Shown in pieces: positions 1 to 12,492 of a DNA stretch of 64,000 nucleotides. Source of the DNA: Dudresnaya verticillata (lineage: Eukaryota); assembly GCA_977862235.1 (NCBI GenBank), contig OZ374564.1, forward strand, positions 1,054,001-1,118,000. The letters run 5' to 3'. The translations under genes and the position numbers were made by a program. How positions within the stretch are numbered: the first letter of the stretch is position 1; each line of letters begins with the position of its first letter. A model generated the notes under the pieces. It ran no database searches and was not told where the DNA came from. It worked only from the letters and a program-made list of their open reading frames with translations.

Positions 1-832
1 TGTTACATTATCCCCCTCCTCGACGCATACAAAGTTGTTGTTCTTGTACAGAAGAGACGTCTCCAAACACAACAGAAAAATATTGGATCACCTGCCTTCC
101 CCTCTACGATGGAACGAAGCTCGAGACATATATGTCTCGAGCAGCTCCAACTGGGTTCTCCCGCGACTACGTACTGCTGTGCCGGATGTAGTGCACTTCA
201 AGATCGGCGCATTGATCCTCCTGACCAGAAAAGTGGGTCCTCATATGCCTGGAACCGCTGTAGTTCTCACCGATATCGCCGTTGGAAACGTAGAAGGAGA
301 AGTACGGCAAATCAAGTTCAAGGTTCCTCACGTTGGAGAAGAAGCCGATGGGGAATACTACCTACGCCCAATGCAGTTCTTAATTCGTGACCGCAGTGCA
401 AAGGTAGTTGCTACTAGAACTCAGTACCCCTTCATCCCCGGATAGGCTGTCACTATTCACAAATGCCAAGGACTAACCCTACAGAAAGTTTCAGTTGACT
501 TCACTAATGTACATTGGAAGCCACCGGGGTTGGTTTACGTTGCGCTATCCAGATGTACGTCCTTCAAAGGACTTCATGTCAAAGGACTCACTCGCGAACA
601 CTTCCAGACCTGCCCATCGGCTGAGAAATACTTGACTGAGTATGTCGTGAGATTTAGGGCTCATTTCCCTGAAAGGTTCCTTTCACCAGGGGCAGACATA
701 TCTACCCATGTTTCTCGGGCTCTGGATGATCGCAATTCGGTTACGCCTTCCCCAGCTCCCAGGAAAGATGGATATGGATTAGAAGACATGGCAAGCATGA
801 AGAGAAGGCGCATTTTAGCTAGTAGGCAATAG
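1..832 (+). pseudogene. C-terminal part of a PIF1-family SF1B DNA helicase, with an in-frame stop; 5' end outside the window
   Basis: ORFs 35..445 and 530..832 are in one frame and join as TRTQYPFIPG*AVTIHKCQGLTLQKVSVDF...GLVYVALSRCTS, matching PIF1 motifs V/VI. TAG at 443-445 sits where Trp (TGG) is expected. Confidence 0.85.
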
Positions 833-911
833 ACATTATAAACCAGGATGTGAGCTTGATTAATAGCAACAGATCTGCTCTGGTCAATATTATGAACACT
901 AGCATTACAAT

Positions 912-1223
912 TTAGCTCGTCTCTGGTACTGCTCGACTATCATCTCCTCTCAAGTTTTCTTGGACGCCCGTCCCTTGCCGACCTCTCTCACTATCCAAAA
1001 ACGCCCCACTCCAAAGGAATGCAGTGCAGTTCTGAAGGTCGCTGATCATCCTCGGGAAGGTCTCAAAGTGTTTCCTTTTCAGCCTCTGCGTGTAACGACC
1101 TGATGCATACCATTCCCCAAATGGATATTTAATTGATTCCGTTGTGTGTTGTTGTTCCCGGGACATATCAGTCCCACTTGTACTCATTCCCAGACGAGAC
1201 GCGGGAGACTGCTCAGTACCCTT
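912..1223 (-). pseudogene. 3' segment of an uncharacterised gene split by two LTR insertions
   Basis: Removing the solo LTR 1224-1996 and one CCCTT joins ...CELCDFK|GTEQSPASRLG... in frame, running to TAA at 912-914. Confidence 0.55.
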
Positions 1224-1996
1224 TGTAGTATAGACGTCGGGTCGATCCGACGTCTGATACTTGCTGGTCCGAAGCCGCCACACAGACCCGTCGATGGGTA
1301 GCTGTTGGGGTTGGTAGAGCGGTGTCGGCCGCGTGCGCCCCGCAGGTGCGGATCGACGGCGTCGATGCCGGAGCGCGCACGGGGCGTACCGTACGCGGGT
1401 AGGCAGCGGCCGGATCCCAGCGTCCCTGTCGAGGGGCGGCACGAAGCCGACGGAAAGGAAAAGGAAAGGGGAAAGCCTAGCGAGGCAAGGGGAAAAGGGA
1501 AACCGCCCGCTGGCGTAAGGCAAAGGGATCGAACCCGAAAAGGCTGGGGGCAAGCTTCAGCGCGAGCTCTTGCTTGCCCGGTTTACTGAGCCGTCGATGG
1601 CCGACGGTCTTAAATACCCTACACTATGTGCACTACGACTACTTCTACAGTAGGTGCGCCCCACAACACCAACGCGGGAGGTGTGCGAGCGCGCGCCCAT
1701 ACACGTGTCGACACGTCCGGGTAACGGTTACCCGTGGGCGCGCGCGGGGCGTAACGGGCAGCGGCCCTCTCAACGGCTCGATGCCGGAGAGCGTCACAGG
1801 GGCGCACCGTGTGCGGCACGGCGCGCGGCCGCTGCCGGCAGCAATGCGGTCGACCGCTACTAATTCAACGAAAAAACTAAGGGCACGCTGCCCAACCACG
1901 ACTCGCCAGCGGGCGTCATCGTGTGCACCATTGCAGTGCGGCGCTGCCAGCATACCTTACAGCCGCTGCTGATAGTGTGCTGACAGCTATACTACA
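1224..1996. mobile_element. Solo LTR (773 bp) of a family not otherwise seen in the window
   Basis: Termini TGTAGTATAG...CTATACTACA form a perfect 10-bp inverted repeat. 5-bp TSD CCCTT at 1219-1223 and 1997-2001. No coding domains. Confidence 0.9.
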
Positions 1997-2946
1997 CCCT
2001 TGAAGTCACAAAGTTCACAAGAATTCTGCATATTCATGTTGGTCGCCTGCAACCCTCTGCCGAAGCTAATGTCCACACCCTTTCGCACTTGTATTGCGGT
2101 TCCAAGTGCATCCGAAAATTCGTTGTTAACCACAACGCGCCCCACTGCTTCCTTCTTCCACTGGGATTTTCAGCAAGTCCTCAACTTCTACTTCTGCGTA
2201 TGGAGTTTCAGAGAGCAAGGAATGGTTCTCGATGCTGTGAAATTTCAGAACGAGCGAATCCTCTGGAACTCCCTTGCCGAGTAGATATGGTGTAAACGGA
2301 TCTGTAGAAAGTTGGGTACGGATCTAATCTGTAGATCCGTACCCAACTTTCTCCACCTGCACATGGTTCGCGCTTGAGAAGATGGGACAAATCGCTAGCG
2401 CTCTGTCCTTGCATGATTGTGCGCACGCTTTCAGGTTTCGGCAGTTGCCGGAAAATCCCTTCCTGGCGAGATCCACCATCACGGATCGTACTTGGACATA
2501 GTCTGTCTCATTCATTAACATGAGGCACAAAACAGAAATTGCCTCAAGTTTGCTTGTCTTGCTTGCCTTGCGAATATTACTCATCTTCACAACTTCATTG
2601 CCGCCAATAACTTTTAGTAAACGTCTTGTCCCGAATCTGCCAAGCTCTAGTTGAGGGATGGAAATTTTCTGGTTGCGTAACTCAACGGGTATCAGACTAG
2701 AGTAGCACATGTTAGCAATATTCTGTCCTTCACTGCGTCGCGCTCCCAGCTGAGTTGCATAAACGGCTCCTAGAACCTTTTCCACAGTCCGACCATTGAT
2801 ACGCTTCGTATCAGATGATGTATGTTTGGTTACGGCGCTAGCATCAAATAGAAGAGACATGCAACTTGCCACAGATTCGTGGGGGATTGTCATCGTCCCG
2901 TGTCTCCAAATTTTGTTGGATGTTGGGGCGTTTACACGGCTCATGG
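1997..2946 (-). pseudogene. Middle segment of the uncharacterised split gene
   Basis: Reads MSRVNAPTSNKIW...GYGSTD. It continues in frame after a 27-bp inverted-copy insertion, has one frameshift near 2150, and joins the 16174-16767 segment in frame across the Gypsy insertion. Confidence 0.6.
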
Positions 2947-3861
2947 TGTAGTGCCAGGGGGGGTCCCCCGTTTCCGCTTTCAAGCGTTGATATGCAGCGT
3001 CTACCGACGGACGACCGCCAACGGCGCGCTCAACCCGCCCGCGGCGCAAACACGTCACCGACGCATGCCGCTGGCCACTTGGGCCAGAACGGCTCGCTGG
3101 GCGTGCAGACCGCACGCCTGAACCCGGCCACTGTACGGCGCCACGCGTGCGCGCGTGGCGCAGTGGCGGGAACGTTCGCTGTAAGCGTGGCCCGAATCCG
3201 GATCCAATCGGGATCCCACATCGGGATCCCACATCGGGATTAAGGGGTGTAAGGCACGCGCCTGTAAGCCTGGCGCATCCGCATCGCTGGCCCGAATCCG
3301 GACTGGATCGGGATCGGTACGGATCGAGATCACTCGCGCCAGGCGCATACGGCTGTAAGGAAAGGATCCACGTGTGAGTGTAAGGATTCGAGCGGGGAAG
3401 CTACGCGTGATCTGTCAGGAGCGCGGCTGCATGACGGACGGATCTGTCAGACGCGCCTCGGGACAACACGTGTCCCGAGTTCCCGCGTTACGCGTACATC
3501 CGCGTCGCCGCCGCTAGGTAATCCTGTACTTAGTTGATCCGTCTCCGACGTCACAGTAAACCCCGGCAAGCCGGCCTTGGTCCAGACTTCCCCGTTCCGC
3601 ACGCGCGTACCCTACCGCTGCCTACGGCTAAGCGTCTACCTCCCGTGCTTCCACGTCTACCATCGTCCTTGACGTGTTTCCTTTCTGTTTACTTTTCCTT
3701 TCCTTCCCACTTTCCGCCTCGGGCGTTTACAGTCCCCCCAAGGCGTGTTCCTTTGCTCTACCAACAAGTCGCCCACAGCGGGATCACCCATCGCCAGGGG
3801 CGCAGCTACCCACCGAGCCCCGAACTGCTCGGCAGTGCCCGTCAACGACGTTTGCACTACA
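2947..3861 (+). repeat. Gypsy-A 5' LTR
   Basis: Direct repeat of 15260-16173; about 5 substitutions and a 1-bp indel by eye. Confidence 0.97.
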
Positions 3862-3863
3862 AC

Positions 3864-3878
3864 TGGTCTCCCGACCTA
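3864..3878 (+). promoter_or_regulatory. Primer-binding site of Gypsy-A
   Basis: TGGTCTCCCGACCTA lies 2 nt after the 5' LTR, and an identical 15-mer follows the Gypsy-B LTR. Confidence 0.85.
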
Positions 3879-3988
3879 GAAGTGTGCTACGTTTCAACGA
3901 GTTACTCCGTCGTGCGACCTCCGACCTTTCGTCTCTAGACGTCCGTCGCTAATCGTCCACGACGTTCAAGCAACTCTAAGACTGCATT

Positions 3989-6546
3989 ATGGCCTCACGA
4001 CCGCCGCCGTCGCGAGGCCCCAGTTCAAGAAGACCGTCATCGACGCCGGGGAGTGACCCCGCATCGGAGCGGTCGCTACAGCGGATGACAACGAGGTCTG
4101 GGCCCCTCGTGAGCCCCGAGATCGCATCGGCCTTCCCGACCGGTCCGGACCACGACCACTCCCATATATCGCTCAACAGGGGAGAAATACCTCCCCCGCC
4201 GATACCCATCGTCATCCGCACCACCGTTCCCAACGAATCGGCCCTCCGAACCTACCACTCGCACGTGGATTCCGCTGACACGGTACAAGCCCAACAGCGA
4301 CCCGTCGAGGACGGAGCCCAAGCCGACATCGTCGAAGAACAACCGGAAGTTCCGGTCCACCAACCAACCATACCCGTCGAAGACGACCAAAGACGCCCTG
4401 AGGGGCGCGACGTCGTAGACAAATCACCAATCCCAAGGGGCTGTTGTCCCTCACCCCACGGCAGTGCCGGATGTTCACCAGCCAGGCCGTTAGCGCAACC
4501 GCGTAGCACGGGAGGTCCGCCGCAGGCGTCGACCCCCGCGCACACACCGCCAATGGCGTCCCCAGCATCCGCCCGCGTTGGTAATCTCACGATACCTCGC
4601 GAGCGGATTCGGGAAGTATGCATCGCCGAAGATGGTAACTTACTCGCTCGATTCGCGGAGATGCTCGACGACAATGTCGGAGGTATCTTCAGCCGTCTAC
4701 AGACGTTGGAAGAAGATCGGGACGGTGCCCTTCGAGGACTCCGTTCCGACCTGGACCGTTTGATGACGAACCCCAACCAAGGGGTAGATTCTCAGCAGCC
4801 AACGGCATTGACGGTCCAGTCCCAGTCGGAACTGAATTCACGCGAACGTTTTCAACGATTGACAACCCGCTTAGAGCGACTGGAAACCGCTAAATGGCGC
4901 CAAGGGCCGCCGTCCGACGACGATAGTTCCGAAGAAGACCGTCGACGACGCAAAGATCGCAAGAGACGGGGCAAGAAACGCCGCAAGTCGCGTCACGGAC
5001 GGAAGAAGAACCGTCGCCGACGAGGGGACTCATCCTCATCCTCTTCAGACACGTCTAGTGACGGCCGGTCAACAGACTCTTCGTCGTCAGACGATGACGA
5101 CTACGTGGCTCACGGCAGTGCAATGCGACCCCGCGGAAAGCGATACAAGGGACTGAAGGAGCTAAGCCCCTCCAATCCTCTCTTCGACCAGTTACTATCG
5201 TACCGCACATACCGTCTCCAAGACGTGGGACAGAAGCGCTCTGGTCGCGAAACCGGGAAGGTCAAAGACCATATCAAGCGACTCGAGTTAACGATGAAGG
5301 ACGCCGCCTTCAACGGCAGCGACCCCGTCATGGTCCTCGAATTCTTAACGCGGTTCGCGGATGAAGCGGACACGCTAGGGATGAGCGAAGCACAAGCGTT
5401 CGTCGCGCTGCCGTACTTCTTAAGGGGTACGGCAGCCACGCAATTCCGCTCCGTCAAATCGACGTCCTCTCGCCACCGCGGCGGCGTATCATCATACCCG
5501 GAGGCGGTGCACTACCTACTTCGCACATACGCCACGCCTTCGGCGATTCGGGACGCTGTCCTCGCCCTGCGGTCGACTAGTCAGAAGCAGGGCGAAGACG
5601 AGACGACTTACGGCATGAGACTCGCCGGCGCATGTATTCGTTGCGGTAACGTTTATCCCGAATGGGAAAAGATGACACTGTTCATCGATGGGTTAGACCC
5701 GACGATCAGGTCCTTAGTGGTCCGCTTCCGCGAAGAAACGCCGAGGGCGGAGTTATCCTTTGAACGTTTAGTCCACTTCGCGCAGGACGAGGGTGACGCG
5801 CAACGCGCAAGACACGGCAGGGCCGGCTCGACGTCAGTAAGACGGGATATATTGGTCCCGGCCCAAGCCGCTCGCGCATTGCGACCCGCCATTGGCGACA
5901 ACCGAACGGTTCTACGTCAACAGACGAGGAGCACGAAGCCTGCCGCGCGCGCTATGATAGCGGAGTCCTCCGTTGAGTTCCGTGATGTCACCCGTCATGC
6001 GGACGATATGGAAACACACGCCGATGGCGATCTCTCTTTGGCCGATGAACAAGCACCAGTGCCAACGTCAGCGTTACCAAAGGACAGCTACGTCGAAGAC
6101 GAGGATACAGAGGCAATGGATCCTACACTCGCCTTTGGGCGTTCCGTCGTGCCCGCGCCACGCGTCCCGTACTCGGAGTATGCCCCCCACGTCCATCGGG
6201 CGAGGCCAGGTTGGCAAGACAGGGGCCCGCTCCGTCAAGACGCTCGCAGGCAGTTGATCTGTCATCAGTGTTATGCCCGTGGCCACATCGCACCGGACTG
6301 CTTCCTCCGCATGAGCGAGTATATGAAGCGATTGCCAACTACGAAGGCTTAACAGACGCCGAGAAGGCGGGGGTCCCCGCCGATGCGTACACTCGGTACA
6401 AGGAACGCGCTGCGCGCGAAGCAGCACGCCGTGCAGCGCGACCCCCGTCGCCACGAGGCGGACCTATGCCGCATGCAGCAGAACGTCATCCGACGGTGGT
6501 CAATCGCTACACAGCGCAGCTACAACCGCCGCAGGCGAAAAACTAA
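3989..6546 (+). pseudogene. gag: Gypsy-A gag (frameshift near 6330)
   Basis: 787-aa ORF with a basic/Ser-rich tract, a retrotransposon gag-like core (FNGSDPVMVLEFL...) and a zinc knuckle CHQCYARGHIAPDC. The C-terminus continues in ORF 6211..6546. Confidence 0.85.
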
Positions 6547-6572
6547 TAAGGGTACCAACTCCTGACACTGGG

Positions 6573-9500
6573 GTGTCGCACCAAGCAGAGAGGCTTCCGC
6601 CTTGGGTGCTGACACGGAAGGAGGGCCCGAACTTAGTTAACAAATACGCCGATGGGCGGGTAGACTCGTCACAGACGTCCTTGAAGCGCCCCTGGCGTAG
6701 GTACCAGCCCCCACAAGCCCGGGGACAGTTGTTCGTAATGGCCAAAAGGAACTACAAAGTGTACGCCGATCTAGGCGTAACTGTAGGTACCTTGGCACGT
6801 AAACTCACTGTCCTCGACACGGGGGCTGGTCCGAATTTCATCCGTATTGACGATATTCCGCTAGAAGCGCGATCACGGATCGTATCCAAGAGTCTCCCCG
6901 TCATATCAGACGCTAACAACAAGGCGATTCAGACCCGGGGCACTATCGACTTAGTCGTACATCTCGGACGAAGGGTCGTCAAGTTGGAGTTGATCGTCTG
7001 CGAACGGCTCGCTGCGCCGGTTATACTCGGTTGCGACTTTTGCGACCGCTTCGTCGAAGCGATTTATCCGCGGAGTCGCGAGATTGAGCTGGACGACGGG
7101 ACCCGTGTCCCTATAACGCGCCGCCCGCTGCGCCGGCCTCCGTCGTACCCCCCGTTGCCAATGGAACAAGAGTACGGCACGGCCGAAGGGCGAACGTCGC
7201 CCAAAATACGCGTTGCGGAACGAACGATCATCCCGCCGCAGGCGCAAAAGTGGATCTCGGTAACGACCGAGCGAGCAGGGTTCATTACCATCCAACCGTT
7301 TGGAACGTTATATGATCGGCAAGCTTTGGCCGTTACTAACGGAGTCGCTCAAGTAGAGCCGCTGAGAGTGTTCCGGATTCTCGTCGCAAATTTCTCCCCG
7401 CGCCCGCAAGCGCTCGTCAAAGGACAAGTCGTCGCTACCGCGTTGCCACATCCCACAGCAGTGTTCCCCAGTCACATAAGTCCGGCCGATGTCGTAGGTA
7501 TCACCGAGGAGCAGGCAAAGGAGGAGGAAGCGAATCAAGATTTCCGTTTTCAAACGAACGATGGGGTGACGGCGCAGCCGGATACATTCGCTAAGTCGAT
7601 CGAAGCAACTGTAGCTAAACCTCCGTCAGTGGACGAGTTGGACCTGAGTCATCTCTCAGCCGAACATCAAGGACGGCTGAAGGAGATGCTGCGCAGGTAC
7701 TCGTCGATGTGGGACGGTTCGTTAGGAGAAATCGCAACCACGGAGCACTATATTGACTTGCTCCCCGGCTCCAGGCCGATTTCATCCCCGCCTTACCGCG
7801 CTGGCCCAAAGCAAAGGCAATTCGCTCAAGCGGAGGTTGATCGCATGTTGCGTCAGGGGGTTATCGAACCCGCACAATCGCCATGGGCGTCGCCGGTCGT
7901 CTTCGCTCCCAAGAAGGACTGTACAATCCGCTTCTGCGTTGACTACCGTCGCTTGAACGCAGTAACGGTACGGGATACGTACCCCCTCCCGCCAATCGAC
8001 GAATGTATTGACAGTCTAGGGGAATCGAATGTCTTCACTACCCTAGACTGCAATAGTGTTTACTGGCAGGTGCCCATCAATCCGCGAGATCGCGACAAGA
8101 CGGCGTTCACGTGCCATGCCGGATTATTCCGCTACAAGCGCATGCCCTTCGGACTTACTAACGCACCGGCCACGTTTCAACGGACCCTCGATATCCTGCT
8201 TGCTGGTTATAAGTGGCGCTCATACCTCGTCTACCTTGACGATGTGATCATCTTCTCGAACGATATTGACAGTCACTTCCGTCGTGTTGACGAGATCCTT
8301 TCGACCTTGCATCGGGCCGGGGTGAAATTGAAGTTGACCAAGTGCGACTTCTTCACCCCGACCGTCAACTATTTAGGCCATGTGATACGTCCGTGACGAT
8401 TGGAAGTAGACCGTACGGTCACAGCCGCGTTACGCGAAGCCAAGCATCCGCGGGACCAGAAGGAATTACGGAGCTTTCTCGGATTGTGCAACGTCTACAG
8501 ACGGTTTGTATCGCGATACGCGCACGTCGCCGCTCCCCTCAACAAGTTGTTGAGGAAATAGCAAGACTTCCGGTTACAACCGTTCACCAAGGAGCAGGCT
8601 CGGGCATTCCGCACGCTTGTCGAAGCGGTGACTCACCCGCCCATCCTGGCGTTGCCACAACAAGGACTCCCGTACTCCAATGACTGTGACGCGAGCGAAT
8701 ACCAAGTTGGCTGCGCACTCTTCCAAACGCAACCTGACGGCGAACGGAAGCCGCTTGGCTTCTGGTCACGCTCGTGAACCGCTCCGGAGCGCAACTACTC
8801 GGTATCCGAAAAGGAATGCCTAGCAGTAGTCTGGTCCATCACGACGTTGCGACCGTACCTTCAGATGGAGTCCTTCGTAGTCCATACGGACCATTCGTCA
8901 TTGAGGTGGCTAATGGAAATCAGCGACCCCTCGGGACGGTTAATGAGATGGCGTCTTCGCCTCTCTGAGTTCGATTTCGTCGTGAAGTATAAAAAGGGAT
9001 ACCTGAATACTCAGGCAGATTGCCCTCTCACGTCTACAGACGAACGGCGAAACGGTCGAACCGATCGACGATGATATCCCGTGTTACCACGGAAGTTGCG
9101 TCAAAGACGAGGATCCCTCGTCAGAAGACGGCTACGCTCACGCAGAAAGCGATACGTCAAGCGCCAAGGGCGAAGTCGATTTCTCCGAACGAGACTTCGA
9201 GGAGTTTGACCAGATGTTGGTTACCAGCGCGCCACCGGCGGATGAAGTGCTCCTCCGTCAATTGACGCATGAAGAGTTGGTGCATGCTTAGGGCAGTGAC
9301 CAGTACTGTTCCGAGATCCGGAAACGTCTAGACGACGGAGACAACCTACCGTTTGCAACGGACGAACAGGGACTATTGGTACGGACCGTCGAGGCCCGAC
9401 CCCAAGTCGTTGTACCATCCGCGTTACGCGTTCGATTGCTCCACCTCCGGCATCATGCTAAATTAGCAGGACATCCCGGAGGGCGGAAGCTGTACCATAC

Positions 9501-11288
9501 ACTTCGACGCGAGTATTATTGGCCGTCTATGTCGGTGGACTGTTACGCGACCGTCCGCAATTGCGTTACTTGCGCAAAAAACCGGGTACTGATGCGAAAG
9601 AACGTGAAGGAGATGAAACTGTTCCCAGCAACCGAGCCTCTCGAGTTTGTGTCCATCGATATACTCGGGGAGCTCATACGCACTAAGCGGGGGAATAAGT
9701 TCCTACTCGTCATCGTGGACCGCTTCTCAAAGCTGGTCCGGACGGTTCCCTTACGTAAGATTACGGCATTGGAAATCGCTAAGGCGTTTGTTCGACACTG
9801 GGTGCTGGTGTATGGCCCACCCAAGAAGCTGCTGTCCGACAATGGGCCGCAATTTGTAGCCAAGTTGTTCTAGGACGTCTGCCGCATCTTAGGGGTGGAG
9901 AATCTCTTCACTACTACGTACCATCCGCAGTGTAACGGCCAAGTGGAACGATTCAATCGAACCATCCTCGCCTCCCTGCGTCACTACGTAGCAGACCACC
10001 CCAGGGACTGGGATTTGTTCACCGATGCTCTGACGTTCGCGTACAATACGCAACTGCACTCGTCCACCAACCTCGCTCCATTCGAGCTGGTGCTATCTAA
10101 GCCCCCGCGGCCATTGTCGCTGGAAGCGGAACCGTTGCTCGAAAGCGTGCCCACTGCCGGACAGTACTACACCAAATGGCGAACCTGGCTGTCCGCATTG
10201 ATGGGAACCGCTAAAGCGTCGCTCGCGAAAACGCAAGCGCGTTACAAACGGAACTTCGATACTCGTCTGCGGAAATCGAAGGAGAACATCGCTGTAGGCG
10301 ACTTTGCATTCGTGCGGAAGGAATACTTCGCCCGGGGCGGGAGTACCGATCGCTCAGAGCGCAAGCACAAGCTCGCGCCAGTGGCGGATGGACCGTATCG
10401 AGTCACTCACGTCGACGATGTGACAGTCACCGTCGACAAGGGACGCGGGGAACGCGAGCGTTTATCCCGGGGCCGCGTGGTATGGGCGCCAACCCCACCA
10501 GGGCACACCGCCCCCGCAACCGCGCAACCACCGGGGCCACCTCACGTACCGGGGCCCACTACCCCCACATCAACTGACGAAGGAGCAGGAACCCCAGACA
10601 CGCCGCAGGCGGACCCGGCAGGAGGCACAGGGACACCGCGAAGCACGGACGACTCGCAAGAGCGACTGAATGCAACGCCGCGCAGTCGCGGGTTAGCAGA
10701 GCTCTCGCCCTTCGCCGCTAACCCCGACGACGGTGTATCGCAATCCGTCTCCGACGAGGAGGAGGGTCCAGGCATCCGCACACGAATGGGACACGCAACC
10801 TCGGCTTCGCCGGCTACCAAGGTAGGTCCCGCTTCGAGCGCATCGACTGACGATGAGGAAGACCGCGCTAACGCGAAGGACGCCGCTGGAAGCGAGGAAC
10901 CAGTACGCAAAAGCGACGAACCACAACCCGCTACGCAAGCGCTCGGGGCACCGACCCAGCGCCTTAGGCGATCGACTCGTCCAGTACTTTTTTTACAGAA
11001 CCGGTGCAGACGCCCATCACGCAACAAAGTGAACCGCCCCAGGCGTTAGAACGGCAGGAGCCCACGTCGATCGCTACAAGCGCGACGGAGTACGTTATCG
11101 AACGGGTTGAGTCGCACGCACACGCCGACGACGGCGAGATCCTCTACCGCGTCAAGTGGTTTGGATACCCCGCTTCAGCGAATACCTGGGAACCAGTGTC
11201 CAGTCTACCGCGATCGCACGTTGTGCGGTATCACCGTCAGAAGCACACGCGCCTGCCGCCAAACATCGACGACGCGCAACGCGGGTAA
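6573..11288 (+). pseudogene. pol: Gypsy-A pol: protease, RT, RNase H, integrase, chromodomain; several stops and frameshifts
   Basis: LDTGAG protease; RFCVDYRRLN and YLDD RT; DCDASEY RNase H; HHCC (GHPG...CVTC) and SDNGPQF...NGQVERFNRT integrase; EYVIERV...YRVKWFGY...TWEP chromodomain (11004..11288). Stops at 8394-8396, 8559-8561 and 9871-9873. Confidence 0.93.
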
Positions 11289-12492
11289 CCCTAGTCAGGG
11301 TAGACGCTGGAAGCGACTACACACGCCACATACAAAGTGCCGCAGACGTGCACTCGTTACGAACGACGGGGGCTGTAATCAACCGGATCAAGGACGATTG
11401 GGTTGGCGACACGCGAATAGGCAACCCTCTTCGGAGGGGGTCCGTAAGGACAGAACGGCTGACAGTAGTCAGAAGGCGTGGAGAGCGCACGCACCACACG
11501 AAATCGGGCAACAACGAAATGGAAAATTTTAATGCGAAAATAATAACGCGGGCACCAGCCAGGCGGCGGCGCCCAACAAACGAGAACCTGACAAGTGTGT
11601 GCCCAGCACTACGAACGCCCACGAGGCACCCGAGCACGGACGCGACTGACCGTCTCCGACGTCCTCGCCCAGGCGCGCCACCCACGGCCAAGTCCGAAAC
11701 TCGCCACCCTTACGGGCGGCGCACGCAACCGCCTCGAGGGTGACGCCCGCGAACGTCAACGACGTGTCTCAAGTCGAAAAAGGGGTCGCCCGCAAACACG
11801 AGAGAAGAAGCAGTCGTCGAAGACGGAGTTGGGCTACGTTTCGTGCACGACGCGCTAATCGCAAAAATGACTCCGCCGCTGGGCGCGGCAGCCACGCCCA
11901 GGAGTCGCAAGAAACGCGTCCCACGCGCGGCGCATCGCCAAGCTAACCGTCCCCGACGCTAACCCAACATGCCCTACGTCAAGGACGAAAAGCCAAACAA
12001 CGAACGGCTCCCCAACTACATATTCGCTTAACAAGCGGAATCACAATTTGAAGCAAAACGACTAAGTCGGCATAAGAACATGGCCCCTCCCAAAAGGGGT
12101 TACGCTACTGTAGCGGCATCAAGGAAGGAGAAAAACGCCATCAAGGCGGCACCGCCCCAAGCTTTTACGAAAACGCTACTACAGCGGACAGGCAACAACA
12201 ACGTCTATACGAACGGGACCCGTCGGCTATCTACTATTCGCTATCGCAGCGCTCTACATCAAGCGGACACATAAGCAACTACGTTTTAACAAACGGTCAA
12301 GTTTATTCGGGCTTCACAAGCGAGGGTAACCCCCGTGCCCGCATGACCTTCCACTACGACCTACGTCGTGAGACGCGGCACTAACCGTCTATGACGTATG
12401 AAGCCCTCGCTCGCCGCCCCAACACGGGGCAGGTAAAGCGACACTAAACGCGCCCTCGCGTTTGCTAACCGTCCTTAACGATCCCACAAAGG

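Noticed and set aside
2866..3952. Numerous ORFs repeated at 3.0-3.9, 15.2-16.2 and 42.2-43.2 kb
   Set aside because: They are incidental frames in GC-rich LTR copies with no protein motifs.
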